Positions 42,122-53,014 are shown, counted from the stretch's first letter. The stretch is 64,000 bases of DNA from an uncultured Pelagibacteraceae bacterium (GCA_902592935.1 CACJGD010000003.1:4258-68257); one strand, 5' to 3'. Translations and numbers: made by a program. Notes: generated from the letters alone by a model not told the origin.

Positions 42122-42704
42122 ATTATTAATTTTTATCTTAATTGGTTTTATTTTAACTGGATGTGTTGGAGTTGGTTCGAAAGGTCTTTTTGGTACAGGT
42201 GTTTCTGTAGCTTTAGATCCCAGAACAGTGGGTACTCAAATAGATGATTCAATAATGCAGAAAACAATAAGTGCAAAAATTTTAACTAGGGATAAAAAAC
42301 ATATTGTTTCTGTAAAAACAAAAGTTTTGGATGGTAGAATTTTTATAACTGGAAAAGTAGATAATCCAGAAGAAAAATTGATTATTACAAAATTAGCTTG
42401 GGAAACAAAAGGCGCTCGTTCAGTTAGGAACGACATAAAAATTAAAGAGGAATTTAAATTTAAACAATCCGCTAAAGATATATTAATTACATCCCAGCTT
42501 AGAACAGCTTTGATTTTAAATAAAAATATTAAGTCTACTAATTATCAAATCGATACATATAAAAAGAAAATTTATATTTATGGTATTGCAATTACACTTG
42601 AGGAAAAAGATTTAGTAATTAGTGAAGCTAAAGAAATTGTTGATGTCGAAGACGTGATTGCAAGTATAATGCTAGTTGAAGACTTAAGAATTCAAAGAGA
42701 GTAA
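42111..42704 (+). CDS. Dual-BON domain lipoprotein (DolP/YraP-like)
   Basis: Lipobox LTGC, D.RT.GTQIDD, two BON-like repeats. Confidence 0.88.
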   Translation: MKNKLLIFILIGFILTGCVGVGSKGLFGTGVSVALDPRTVGTQIDDSIMQKTISAKILTRDKKHIVSVKTKVLDGRIFITGKVDNPEEKLIITKLAWETKGARSVRNDIKIKEEFKFKQSAKDILITSQLRTALILNKNIKSTNYQIDTYKKKIYIYGIAITLEEKDLVISEAKEIVDVEDVIASIMLVEDLRIQRE

Positions 42705-44990
42705 TTATTTTTTGTAATCAATTACTTGGGAAGAATATGCAGCAATTGATGCTAGGTTAAGTATCTCAGAAGTTGATGACCTTAAAGGTGCAATTTCTAT
42801 TGGAAGCCCAAGTCCAATTAATAATGGTCCAATAACTTTGGTGTCTCCAATTGTTTTCATCAGTTTGTATGAAATTGCTGCACTATGCTGTCCTGGCATT
42901 ATTAGTATATTTGCTTTACCTACAATTTTTGCAAAAGGATAAAGTTCTTGGTATTCTGGATTTAGAGCAACGTCGGGCTGCATATCTCCATCAAATTCAA
43001 AATCAACTTTTCTTTCTTTTAATATCTCAACAGCGTTTCGGATATGTTTTGTTCTACTAGTAAGTGGTTGTCCAAATGTAGAATGAGATACAAAAGCTAC
43101 TTTAGGATCAAATCCAAAAAGTCTAACCACTCTTGCTGTAGACATAGCTATTTCGGCCATTTGTTCTGATGTGGGATATTCATGAACGCTGGTATCGCCA
43201 ACAAAAATTGTTCTTCCTTTATGAACGATCATGTTTAAACCAAACATAATTTCACCTTTTCTCACATCAACAACTTGCTTAATTTTTTCAAATGAAGCTC
43301 CAAATCGTCTTGTATTGCCTGTTACAGCACCATCAGCATCACCACAAGCAACCATACTTGTGGCCCAGACAACCCTATCATTTCTTATCATTCGGTCACA
43401 ATCTCGTTCTAATAATCCTTGTTCTCTTTGCAATTTTTTAAATAAATGTTTTACGTATCTTTTTCTTTTTTCTTCATCTTTTGAATTAACAATTTCAATG
43501 TCAAAATTTTCACTGTAACCAATATTTTTTATCTGTTCTTTAATTTTACTTTCTTTACCAACCAAGATTGGAATACCTAATTTTGAATTTTTAAATGCTA
43601 TAGCGGCTTTTAAAGTATTTTCATCTTCACCATCTGCAAAAACAATTCTTTTCTGATTTTTTTTGATAAAAGAATTTATACCTTGCATGATGGTTACTGT
43701 TGGGTCTAGTCTTTGTTTTAGTTGATCTTTATAAACTTCAAAATCATCTATATTTTTTCTAGCTACTCCACTATCTACAGCTGCTTTTGCTACAGCTGCT
43801 GGTATTACACTGATTAATCTCGGGTCAAATGTAGATGGAATAATGTAATCTTTTCCATAATGAGGTCTTTCTCCACCCATAGCTGCAACCACCTCATCAG
43901 GAACATCTTCTCTTGCAAGCTTAGCTATTGCATTAGCTGCGGCAACTTTCATCTCTTCATTTATCGTTTTGGATCTAACATCTAAAGCTCCTCTAAAGAT
44001 ATAAGGAAATCCAATCAAATTATTTACTTGATTAGGATAATCTGATCTCCCTGTTGCAACAATTGCATCATTTCTAACCTCTTCAATCTCTTCTGGAGTG
44101 ATTTCTGGATCAGGATTGGCACAAGCAAATATAATTGGTTTTTTTGCCATAGATTTAACCATCTCTTTTTTTAGAACACCTTTTGCAGATAATCCTAAAA
44201 AAACATCTGCACCTTTAACAGCATCTTCTAAAGTTCTATGTTTAGTTTTAACTGCATATCTGGATTTCCATTGATCAATTCCCTCACTTCTGCCTTCATA
44301 GATGACGCCCTTTCTATCTAGCATTATTATATTTTCAGATTTTACTCCTGAGTTTTTAAATAACTCAGTACAAGCTTGCGCTGAAGCTCCAGCACCATTA
44401 ACTACAACTTTAATTTTTTTTATTGATTTGCCACAAATATCTAAGGCATTAATTAATGCTGCGGTTGTTATAATTGCTGTTCCATGTTGGTCATCATGAA
44501 AAACTGGAATATCTAAAATTTCTTTTAATTTTTGTTCTATTATAAAACAATCTGGGGCCGCTATGTCTTCTAAATTAATTCCACCAAAGCTAGGTGCAAA
44601 ATTTTTAATTGAATTTATGATTTCGTCTGAATCTTTACAATCAATCTCCAAATCAATCGAATCGATATCTGCAAATCTTTTAAATAATACAGCCTTTCCT
44701 TCCATCACGGGCTTTGATGCTAGAGCACCTAAATTTCCCATCCCTAATATTGCTGAACCATTACTTATTACAGCAACAAGGTTTCCTTTACTTGTGTAAT
44801 CATAAGCTGCTTCTGGATTTTCACTTATCTTTTTTACAGGAGCAGCAACTCCTGGAGAATATGCTAAAGCAAGATCACGCTTAGTTGTCATATTTTTTGA
44901 AGAAATAATCTCAATCTTGCCTGGTTTTTTGTCTTTATGAAAATCTAAAGCTTCTTTATCTGTGTAATGATCGATTTTTGTTTTTTTCAT
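42705..44990 (-). CDS. maeB: NADP-dependent malic enzyme with PTA-like C-terminal domain
   Basis: LAYSPGVA, KPVMEGK, INLEDI, HDDQHGTA, ATGRSDYPNQVNN; start set at ATG 44990 (MKKTKIDHY). Confidence 0.96.
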   Translation of the reverse strand: MKKTKIDHYTDKEALDFHKDKKPGKIEIISSKNMTTKRDLALAYSPGVAAPVKKISENPEAAYDYTSKGNLVAVISNGSAILGMGNLGALASKPVMEGKAVLFKRFADIDSIDLEIDCKDSDEIINSIKNFAPSFGGINLEDIAAPDCFIIEQKLKEILDIPVFHDDQHGTAIITTAALINALDICGKSIKKIKVVVNGAGASAQACTELFKNSGVKSENIIMLDRKGVIYEGRSEGIDQWKSRYAVKTKHRTLEDAVKGADVFLGLSAKGVLKKEMVKSMAKKPIIFACANPDPEITPEEIEEVRNDAIVATGRSDYPNQVNNLIGFPYIFRGALDVRSKTINEEMKVAAANAIAKLAREDVPDEVVAAMGGERPHYGKDYIIPSTFDPRLISVIPAAVAKAAVDSGVARKNIDDFEVYKDQLKQRLDPTVTIMQGINSFIKKNQKRIVFADGEDENTLKAAIAFKNSKLGIPILVGKESKIKEQIKNIGYSENFDIEIVNSKDEEKRKRYVKHLFKKLQREQGLLERDCDRMIRNDRVVWATSMVACGDADGAVTGNTRRFGASFEKIKQVVDVRKGEIMFGLNMIVHKGRTIFVGDTSVHEYPTSEQMAEIAMSTARVVRLFGFDPKVAFVSHSTFGQPLTSRTKHIRNAVEILKERKVDFEFDGDMQPDVALNPEYQELYPFAKIVGKANILIMPGQHSAAISYKLMKTIGDTKVIGPLLIGLGLPIEIAPLRSSTSEILNLASIAAYSSQVIDYKK

Positions 44991-45042
44991 TTCTGATAAC
45001 AATAAGTGTACAATTGGGGTAAAATTAAGACTAATATGATTT

Positions 45043-46572
45043 ATGAACTTACTTAAGTCAACAGGCACATTTGGTTTTTATACTATCATTAGTAGATTGT
45101 TAGGTTATTTAAGAGATATTTTAATAGCAATTTTTCTTGGAACAGGAATGTTAGCTGATGCTTTTTTTGTGGCATTTAGAATACCAAATACATTTAGAAG
45201 ATTATTTGCTGAAGGTACTTTTAATGCAGCATTCGTTCCTAGTTATTCATTAGAAATTGCTAAGGGAAGTAAACAATCAAACAAATTTGCTAACGATATT
45301 TTTAATCTACTTTTTTTAGGGTTGTTATTTTTAACAATAATAATTGAAATTTTCATGCCTGCTTTTGTTTCGATAATTGCCCCAGGTTTTGTTGGTGATT
45401 TAGAAAAAATGGAGGTAGCAATAAATTTAACAAGGATTACTTTTCCTTTTTTATTATTTATTTGTTTAGCTTCATTTTTTTCTGCAATTCTAAATTCACA
45501 TAATAAATTTGCTGCTGCAGCAGCAGCCCCAATAATTTTAAATATTGTTTTAATTTTGGTTTTAATTTTTTCTAAATCTTTAGGTGATCAGCTAGTTTAT
45601 TATTTGTCTTATGGTGTTTCTTTAGCTGGTTTTTTGCAATTAATATTTTTATATAAATATGTAGCAAAATATTACTCGCTCAAATTTAGTTTAAAATTTA
45701 AAGTAAGTAACAGGGTAAAGTTTTTTTTTAAAAAACTTTTACCAAGTATTTTTTCCTCTGGTGTTACACAGATTAATATTTTAATCGGAACAATAATTGC
45801 ATCATTTCAAGCTAGCGCAGTTTCTTATTTATATTATGCAGATAGAATTTATCAAATTAATCTAGCTATAGCTGGTATAGCAATTGGTGTTGTTATACTT
45901 CCACAACTTTCAAAACATATCCAATCTCGAAAAAAAAATAAGATTTTACTCATACAAAATAAAGCTCTTGAATTAAGTTTATTTCTAAGTCTACCAGCAA
46001 CTATTGCATTAGTTGTAGGATCGGAACAAATTATTTCAGCTTTATTTGGTTATGGATCTTTTAATGAAAATTCAGTGAACAACTCAAGTTTAGCGTTATA
46101 TTATTTTGCACTTGGTCTACCCGCTTTTGCTTTAATAAAAGTTTTTTCAAGTTTTTTCTTTGCAAATCACGACACTAAAACTCCATTTTATATTTCCTTG
46201 ATTTCAGTATTACTTAATATCTTTGTTAGTGTTTATTATTTTAGCGAAATTGGTTTTATAATAATTCCAATAGCCACATCTATTTCATCTTGGTTTAACT
46301 CATTTTTGTTATTTTTATTTTTAAAAAATCAACAGCTATTCTATTTCAATAAAATATTCTTTGTAAAATTTATTAAAATAATTATTGCATCAATTCTGAT
46401 GGGTTTATTTTTTAACTTATTGTTAAATTTTTTTCAAAACGAATTAGCATTTAATCATTCAATTAAATCTTTATATTTAGTTTTATCTGTTATATTAGGA
46501 TTATTGTTCTATTTAATTGTTTGTTATCTCATCAAAGCTTTTCAAATGAATGATATTAAATTAAAGTATTAA
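45043..46572 (+). CDS. murJ: Lipid II flippase MurJ
   Basis: [34 protein letters not shown]; multi-TM. Confidence 0.97.
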   Translation: MNLLKSTGTFGFYTIISRLLGYLRDILIAIFLGTGMLADAFFVAFRIPNTFRRLFAEGTFNAAFVPSYSLEIAKGSKQSNKFANDIFNLLFLGLLFLTIIIEIFMPAFVSIIAPGFVGDLEKMEVAINLTRITFPFLLFICLASFFSAILNSHNKFAAAAAAPIILNIVLILVLIFSKSLGDQLVYYLSYGVSLAGFLQLIFLYKYVAKYYSLKFSLKFKVSNRVKFFFKKLLPSIFSSGVTQINILIGTIIASFQASAVSYLYYADRIYQINLAIAGIAIGVVILPQLSKHIQSRKKNKILLIQNKALELSLFLSLPATIALVVGSEQIISALFGYGSFNENSVNNSSLALYYFALGLPAFALIKVFSSFFFANHDTKTPFYISLISVLLNIFVSVYYFSEIGFIIIPIATSISSWFNSFLLFLFLKNQQLFYFNKIFFVKFIKIIIASILMGLFFNLLLNFFQNELAFNHSIKSLYLVLSVILGLLFYLIVCYLIKAFQMNDIKLKY

Positions 46573-46576
46573 TTTT

Positions 46577-47578
46577 ATGAGTAAAAAAATATTTTCTGGT
46601 GTTCAGCCAACAGGTAATCTCCATTTAGGAAATTATTTAGGAGCTATAAAAAACTTTGTAGACTTAAACAATGATAATGAAAATGAATGTATTTTTTGTG
46701 TAGTAGACCTACATGCAATTACAGTAAAACAGGATCCAAAAGAGTTAAGAAATAATATAAGAGAAACTGTTGCAACTTTTATAGCAAGTGGAATAGATCC
46801 GAAAAAAAGCATAATTTTCAATCAGTCAAGAGTAGCTGCTCATGCTGAAGGAGCTTGGATCTTAAGTTGTGTAGCTAGAATGGGGTGGTTGAATAGAATG
46901 ACACAATTTAAAGAAAAAGCTGGTAAAGATAAAGAAAAAGCCAGCATTGGTTTATATTCTTATCCAGTCCTAATGGCAGCCGATATTCTTTTATATGATG
47001 CTACTCATGTTCCTGTAGGTGATGATCAAAAGCAACATTTGGAGTTATGTAGAGATATAGCCCAAAAATTTAATAATGATTTTGATGTAGAAAACTTTCT
47101 CCATGTCCCTGAACCATTAATACAAAAAGAATTTTCAAGAATAATGAGTTTAAAAGATGGTTCAAAAAAAATGAGTAAATCTGAATTATCAGATTTAAGT
47201 AGAATAAATTTGACAGATGATAGAGATCAAATAATTAATAAAATTAAAAAAGCAAAAACTGATCCGCTGCCAATGCCACAAGATATTAATGAACTTAATG
47301 AAAGGTTAGAGGCAAAAAATCTTTTAGGAATTTATTCAAGTTTAACTAATTCGACATTACACAATTCTGTTAAAACTTTTGCAGGTAAAAATTTTTCAGA
47401 ATTTAAAGAAAATTTAGCATTAGAGTTGGTAAATAAAATTGAACCTATTTCAAAAGAGATAAAAAAACTTTTAGGAGATAAAAAATATCTTGATTCAATT
47501 CTTCTAGATGGAGTTGAAAAAGCGAACTTGATTGCTTCTAAAAAGATTGAAAGAATCAAAGAAATATTAGGTTTTTAA
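46577..47578 (+). CDS. trpS: Tryptophan--tRNA ligase
   Basis: [36 protein letters not shown]. Confidence 0.99.
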   Translation: MSKKIFSGVQPTGNLHLGNYLGAIKNFVDLNNDNENECIFCVVDLHAITVKQDPKELRNNIRETVATFIASGIDPKKSIIFNQSRVAAHAEGAWILSCVARMGWLNRMTQFKEKAGKDKEKASIGLYSYPVLMAADILLYDATHVPVGDDQKQHLELCRDIAQKFNNDFDVENFLHVPEPLIQKEFSRIMSLKDGSKKMSKSELSDLSRINLTDDRDQIINKIKKAKTDPLPMPQDINELNERLEAKNLLGIYSSLTNSTLHNSVKTFAGKNFSEFKENLALELVNKIEPISKEIKKLLGDKKYLDSILLDGVEKANLIASKKIERIKEILGF

Positions 47579-47630
47579 TAAAAATTTATTATCAAGTTTT
47601 AATTTTTTAAATTTTCACTATAAATAAATT

Positions 47631-48170
47631 ATGTTCGTTCAAACAGAAGAAACACCAAATCCAAACTCTTTAAAATTCCTTCCTGGGAAGAAAGTTTCTA
47701 ATAGCGGGCCTTATGAAATTACAAAAAAGGAAGACATGCAGAATGAATTAGTCAGAAATATTTTATCTGTAAATGGTGTAGAGGGTATTTTCTTGGGAAA
47801 GGATTTCATTTCGGTTAATAAGAATGATGAAACTAAATGGGAAGAAATCAAACATATTGTTATTTCTTTAATAAATGATTTTTATGCAGATGGGAAAGAA
47901 TTTGTAATAGACGAAAATGTAAAAGAGGATACTTCAGATTTAAATGAAATTGAGGAAAAAATTGTAAAAATTTTAGAACAAAAAATCAGACCTGCTGTTG
48001 CTAGAGATGGTGGAGATATTAAATTTAAAGAGTTTAAAGATGGAGTTGTAAAAGTACAATTACAAGGGAGTTGTTCTGGGTGTCCTAGCTCAACTATGAC
48101 ACTAAAACAAGGTGTTCAAAATCTTTTATGTCACTATTTACCAGAGGTTAAAGAGGTTATTGCAATATAA
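47631..48170 (+). CDS. NifU/Nfu Fe-S cluster carrier protein
   Basis: QTEETPNP..LKF.PG, RPAVARDGGDI, GSCSGCPSS. Confidence 0.95.
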   Translation: MFVQTEETPNPNSLKFLPGKKVSNSGPYEITKKEDMQNELVRNILSVNGVEGIFLGKDFISVNKNDETKWEEIKHIVISLINDFYADGKEFVIDENVKEDTSDLNEIEEKIVKILEQKIRPAVARDGGDIKFKEFKDGVVKVQLQGSCSGCPSSTMTLKQGVQNLLCHYLPEVKEVIAI

Positions 48171-48179
48171 TTTTGTTTT

Positions 48180-49244
48180 ATGAAAAAAATTAAAAAAAAA
48201 GGTTTTTTAAAAAATAGAGGTTTAAATATAGTCTCGAGATTTTTCTTAAGCGCTTTCTTTGTAATCTCTTTTTTTTATATAACTCCTTTATTTATTAATT
48301 TTGCTGATAAAAATTTTAATAACAAAGAATTTACCAATAACTCAAAAAATATTTTAAATGACACATTAAATAAAGATAAATTAATAGAGGAAGATTCAGC
48401 TTTAGAATCTGATGAAATAGACTTATTGTACGATATTCTTGAGGAAAATAATTCTGAAATAAATTTAGTCAGATATACTACATCTGAGATTGATTCATTA
48501 TTCAAGGAAGTAAATTATAATTTAAAGGAAGTAAGAGATACAAAGTTAGTTAAACCAGTTGATATTGGTCTATTGCCTAATGAAATTAAAAAAATTGAAA
48601 ATACCAAAAAAAGAAAAAACATGTTTATAAAAATCGTTTTGCCGTTAATTGTTAAAGAAAACAATAAAATTAGAATTGATAGAAAAAGATTATTCACTAT
48701 CCTTAACAAAAATAGCAATACTGACATTGAGAAAAAATGGTTAGAAAAAAAATACAAACAATATGGTGTAAGAAAAAATGATTTACATACTTTAAAAGTA
48801 AGAATGGATGAAATACCGGTTTCTTTAGCAATAGCTCAAGCTGCTAAAGAAACCGGTTGGGGCACTTCAAGATTCGCTTTAAAGGGAAATGCTTTATTTG
48901 GACAATGGACTTGGTCTGGAGAAGGCTTGAAACCGAAAAATGCTGACGAAGGTAAAGATCATAAAGTTATGAAATTTCATAGTTTGCAGCTATCTGTAAG
49001 AGCATATTTAAGAAATTTAAACACTCATTCAACATATAAAAATTTAAGAAAAGCTCGAACTGAACTTAGAAATAAAAATAAACCATTAGATAGTATTATA
49101 TTGTCTGAACATTTAGATAAATATGCTGAAACTGGAAATCAATATATTGAAGTTTTACAGAAAATTATTTTACAAAATAATTTAAAAGATTTTGATGAGG
49201 CGAGATTGTTGCCTTCTAGTAAAGATTTGGAGAGTTTAATTTAA
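48180..49244 (+). CDS. Bax-like glucosaminidase (GH73) domain protein
   Basis: N-terminal TM; AQAAKETGWGTSRF..GN.LFG, NLNTH, Y.E. Confidence 0.88.
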   Translation: MKKIKKKGFLKNRGLNIVSRFFLSAFFVISFFYITPLFINFADKNFNNKEFTNNSKNILNDTLNKDKLIEEDSALESDEIDLLYDILEENNSEINLVRYTTSEIDSLFKEVNYNLKEVRDTKLVKPVDIGLLPNEIKKIENTKKRKNMFIKIVLPLIVKENNKIRIDRKRLFTILNKNSNTDIEKKWLEKKYKQYGVRKNDLHTLKVRMDEIPVSLAIAQAAKETGWGTSRFALKGNALFGQWTWSGEGLKPKNADEGKDHKVMKFHSLQLSVRAYLRNLNTHSTYKNLRKARTELRNKNKPLDSIILSEHLDKYAETGNQYIEVLQKIILQNNLKDFDEARLLPSSKDLESLI

Positions 49245-50302
49245 TTTTCTTTAATAGGAAATTGTACGCCAAACCATCTCCATTTACCATTATCATTTAA
49301 TGAACAATTTATTCTACCCCTTCTTGGTTTAAAAGGTTCTCTAAATTCAATTGTCAAAATTTGATTGGAAATTTTTATTTTTGATTTTTCCCAAATATTT
49401 CCTTCATTTGAATAACAGTTAATATTATTTAAATTTTTTTGTTCTTTAAAAAATTCTACTTTAAAATTAGGTGGATTTGTTTCTTTAAATAATAGTTTTT
49501 CTTCAGGCCATATTCTTTTATATTCTAAAGGGAAATATTTGACTATGGAATTAAACCTTTTCAATTCACCATATTTTTCATTTATTGGGAAACGTGGCAA
49601 TTCAAACTTATCTTTATTGAGATCAATAACACCTGAGTGTTGACCAAAAGCATATTTAAAATTTGTAGATATATAATCTTTCATAAATTTAGAATATTCT
49701 CCAAATGGATATGAAAATAAATTTGGTATGTAACCAAGTTCTTTTAAAAAAATTTTATTAGATTTTTCAATGTCTAAGATAAATTCCGAATTATTTACAT
49801 CAATGAGATATTCATGACTATGAGAATGATGCCCAATAAATGCAAATTCAGTTTTTTCAACTTCTCTTATTTGTTCCCATGTCATATAACCTTTTCGTCC
49901 AACAGGTTCGGTTGAAACAAATAAAATAAATGGAATTTTATTTTTTTTTAAATACGGCCATGCTTCATTATAAAAAGACTCAAAAGCATCATCAATAGTT
50001 ATTAAAATTTCTTTTTTTAATTTAGGAACATTAAATTTTTCATTTAAATTTTTTGGATTATGAAAATTAAAATTTGAGTTTTTAATAATATCTATGTGTT
50101 TTTTAAATATATCCATTTGAATATTTGTTGAAGGATACTTGCTTTCATTAAAACGGTGATACATTATAGCTAGTATTCCTTCATCATTAGAAAAATATTT
50201 GATATTTTTTTCATCTGATTTAGAACTGATATTAAAAAAAAAAATAATTATGAATAAACTTATAATTGATGTTACTGGAAAAAAAATTTTTTTAATGATC
50301 AT
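49241..50302 (-). CDS. Polysaccharide deacetylase (CE4/NodB) family protein
   Basis: MYHRF, TIDD, HSHSH, FSYPFG, LPRF; N-terminal hydrophobic anchor; start set at ATG 50302. Confidence 0.88.
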   Translation of the reverse strand: MIIKKIFFPVTSIISLFIIIFFFNISSKSDEKNIKYFSNDEGILAIMYHRFNESKYPSTNIQMDIFKKHIDIIKNSNFNFHNPKNLNEKFNVPKLKKEILITIDDAFESFYNEAWPYLKKNKIPFILFVSTEPVGRKGYMTWEQIREVEKTEFAFIGHHSHSHEYLIDVNNSEFILDIEKSNKIFLKELGYIPNLFSYPFGEYSKFMKDYISTNFKYAFGQHSGVIDLNKDKFELPRFPINEKYGELKRFNSIVKYFPLEYKRIWPEEKLLFKETNPPNFKVEFFKEQKNLNNINCYSNEGNIWEKSKIKISNQILTIEFREPFKPRRGRINCSLNDNGKWRWFGVQFPIKEN

Positions 50303-50636
50303 AACTAACAATGATATTTACAATATAACTCGAGAGAATACTAAAATTAATTATGAAAAATTAACTTTGATTATTAATGATTTTTTAAATTCACAAAAAT
50401 TAAAATTAATTGATATCAAAGGAATTTATATAAATTTAGGATCAGGGAGTTTTGCAGGTATTAGAAATTTAATTTCTGTTGTTAAAGCCTTTAATTTAAC
50501 AAGTAAAATTGATTATTATTGTTATACTAATAAGGATTTCAAAGGAGAAAAGGACATAAAATATGAAAATATCCCTTATTTGTGTGATAAATTTAATATT
50601 AAAAAAAATTTGATTAAACCTATTTACTTAAGTTAA
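50250..50636 (+). CDS. tsaB: Short TsaB (YeaZ)-like protein
   Basis: LIID, INLGSGSFAGIR (cf. GPGSFTGLR), P.YL end; expected nfu-tsaB-fur order; only 128 aa. Confidence 0.7.
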   Translation: MNKLIIDVTGKKIFLMIITNNDIYNITRENTKINYEKLTLIINDFLNSQKLKLIDIKGIYINLGSGSFAGIRNLISVVKAFNLTSKIDYYCYTNKDFKGEKDIKYENIPYLCDKFNIKKNLIKPIYLS

Positions 50637-50645
50637 AATTATTTA

Positions 50646-51053
50646 ATGTCAGAAACAATTGAACAAAAATGTTTATCAAAAGGAGTAAAATTAACTGACC
50701 AAAGAAGAGTCATTGCTCAAGTAATGTCTGAGTCAACAGATCATCCAGATGTTGATGAGCTTTATAATAGAGTATCTAAAATTGATTCAAAAATTAGTAT
50801 TGCAACTGTTTATAGAACAGTAAAATTGTTTGAGGAGTCAGGAATACTTGCGAAGCATGAATTTAAAGGTAGTAAGGCAAGATATGAGGAATTAAATGAG
50901 GGTCATCATGATCATTTAATTGATATTAAGACCGGTGAGATAATTGAGTTTGTTGATGAAGAAATTGAAAGTCTTCAAAAAAAAGTTGCTGAAAAACACG
51001 GATACACATTAGTCGATCACAAATTAGAATTATACGGCGTTAAGAAAAAATAA
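50646..51053 (+). CDS. fur: Fur/Mur family metal-responsive regulator
   Basis: T.QR..I, DHPDV.E, SIATVYRT, HHDHLID, H.LELYG. Confidence 0.93.
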   Translation: MSETIEQKCLSKGVKLTDQRRVIAQVMSESTDHPDVDELYNRVSKIDSKISIATVYRTVKLFEESGILAKHEFKGSKARYEELNEGHHDHLIDIKTGEIIEFVDEEIESLQKKVAEKHGYTLVDHKLELYGVKKK

Positions 51054-51054
51054 G

Positions 51055-51678
51055 ATGTCAGTCGAAATTCTAAAACCATTTGGCCCGTCAATTCTTAAAG
51101 TTACAATTCCCGATGAAACGGTGTACGAAATGAATAAATATGTTGATGATTTAATGTCAAATACAGACAAAATAGCTAGTCTAGATCATGGGAAATATTT
51201 GGAAGGAAACGTTAAAAGAGAATTTAGATTGGATGTAGAATTTATGCAAAAAATTAAATGGGTAGAATTCCTAGCTAGCTCATGTCAAAAATGGTTACTT
51301 GAGGGTCACAATATATCTATTAAAAAATTTGAAATAATTGCCTCTTGGGTAATTCAACAATATAAAAATGACTATAATCCTATTCATTACCATAGTGGGC
51401 AAATATCCGGTGTTGGATATTTAAAAGTACCTCAAAATATGGGTAAACCTACTCAGAGTAGTAAAAAAAATAATCATAATGGAAAATTAGTATTAATAGA
51501 TGGATCAAAAAAATTTTTATGTGATCCAACATTTGTTATAACACCAAGAAAAGGTGATTTTTATTTTTTTCCAAGTTATATGATGCATACAGTTTATCCT
51601 TTCAATGATTCTACTGAAGAAAGAAGATCGGTTTCTTTTAATGCAAAAATTGACGAAGATGCAGCAAGAATTAGATAA
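51055..51678 (+). CDS. Putative 2OG-Fe(II) oxygenase
   Basis: W......DYNP.H.H, SGVGYL, FPS...H.VYPF, RRSVSFN. Confidence 0.8.
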   Translation: MSVEILKPFGPSILKVTIPDETVYEMNKYVDDLMSNTDKIASLDHGKYLEGNVKREFRLDVEFMQKIKWVEFLASSCQKWLLEGHNISIKKFEIIASWVIQQYKNDYNPIHYHSGQISGVGYLKVPQNMGKPTQSSKKNNHNGKLVLIDGSKKFLCDPTFVITPRKGDFYFFPSYMMHTVYPFNDSTEERRSVSFNAKIDEDAARIR

Positions 51679-53011
51679 ATCAAAAGAAAATAAAATTTTT
51701 ATCAAAACATTTGGTTGCCAAATGAACGAGTACGACTCTAACAGGATATTTGACTCGGTAAAAAAAATCGGTTATCAAAAAACAGAAAAGTACGAAGATG
51801 CTGACTGCTATTTATTAAATACATGCCATATTAGGGATAAAGCAAAAGAAAAAGTTTATCATGAAATAGGTAGAGTAAAAAAAATTTTTAGATCTAAAAA
51901 AAAACCATTGGTAATTATTGCTGGGTGTGTTGCACAAGCAGAAAATCAAGAGATGCTTAAAAGAGAACCTTACATTGATTTAGTAATTGGTCCTCAAGCT
52001 TATCATAAAATTAATGATACAATTTTAAGTTATACTAAAAAAAGAAAAAAAATTGAAGAGACAGAGTTTGATGCAGTTTCTAAATTTAAATATTTAAGCA
52101 AAATAAAAAACGAAACTGGAAAAGTTTCATCTTTTTTAACTATTCAAGAGGGGTGCGATAAGTTTTGTCACTTTTGTGTAGTCCCATATACAAGGGGTCC
52201 AGAATATTCTCGACCATTTAAACAAATATTAGACGAAGCAAAGTATTTGGTAGACAATGGTACAAAAGAAATAATTTTACTAGGTCAGAATGTGAATGCT
52301 TATGATAACACAGGATATAAATTATCAGATTTAATCTTAAATATTGAAAAATTATCTGAGATTAAAAGAATTAGATATACAACATCTCACCCAAAAGATA
52401 TGACAGAGGATTTGATTGAGGTATACAAAACCTCTAAAAAGTTAATGCCACTTGTGCATTTACCTGTTCAAAGTGGATCTAATAAAATTTTAAGATTAAT
52501 GAATAGAAAACATACCATTGAGGAATATTTAAATATCTTTGATAAATTGAAAGAAATTAATCCAAAGATTGAATTTTCAAGTGATTTTATAATAGGTTAC
52601 CCAGGTGAAGAAGATCAGGATTTTAAAAATACTTTTAATTTAATAGAAAGAGTTAAATTTATTAACTCTTACTCTTTTATCTTTAGTCCAAGACCTGGAA
52701 CAGCAGCTGAAAATTTAGATTTAATTGAAAAAAAAATCTCTATTGAAAGATTAGAAAAAATTCAAACTATTTTATTTGAAAATCAAATCCAAATGAACAA
52801 ATCATTGGAAGGAAAAGTTATTGATGTTTTGGCCGAAAATTTAACCGAAGATAAAGGCAAAGCTTTTGGTAGATCAGAGTATATGACATCTGTAATCTTT
52901 AATGGTAAAAATAATGATATTGGTAAAATAGTGCAGGTAAAAATTAAAGACAGTAACAGAAATACTTTATTCGGTGAAATTATAGCTAATTCAGATAAGA
53001 AGGTTGCATAG
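51659..53011 (+). CDS. miaB: tRNA-2-methylthio-N6-dimethylallyladenosine synthase MiaB
   Basis: TFGCQMN, NTC.IR, GCVAQ, radical-SAM GCDKFCHFC, TRAM domain; start at 51659 is a best estimate. Confidence 0.96.
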   Translation: MQQELDKSKENKIFIKTFGCQMNEYDSNRIFDSVKKIGYQKTEKYEDADCYLLNTCHIRDKAKEKVYHEIGRVKKIFRSKKKPLVIIAGCVAQAENQEMLKREPYIDLVIGPQAYHKINDTILSYTKKRKKIEETEFDAVSKFKYLSKIKNETGKVSSFLTIQEGCDKFCHFCVVPYTRGPEYSRPFKQILDEAKYLVDNGTKEIILLGQNVNAYDNTGYKLSDLILNIEKLSEIKRIRYTTSHPKDMTEDLIEVYKTSKKLMPLVHLPVQSGSNKILRLMNRKHTIEEYLNIFDKLKEINPKIEFSSDFIIGYPGEEDQDFKNTFNLIERVKFINSYSFIFSPRPGTAAENLDLIEKKISIERLEKIQTILFENQIQMNKSLEGKVIDVLAENLTEDKGKAFGRSEYMTSVIFNGKNNDIGKIVQVKIKDSNRNTLFGEIIANSDKKVA

Positions 53012-53014
53012 AAC

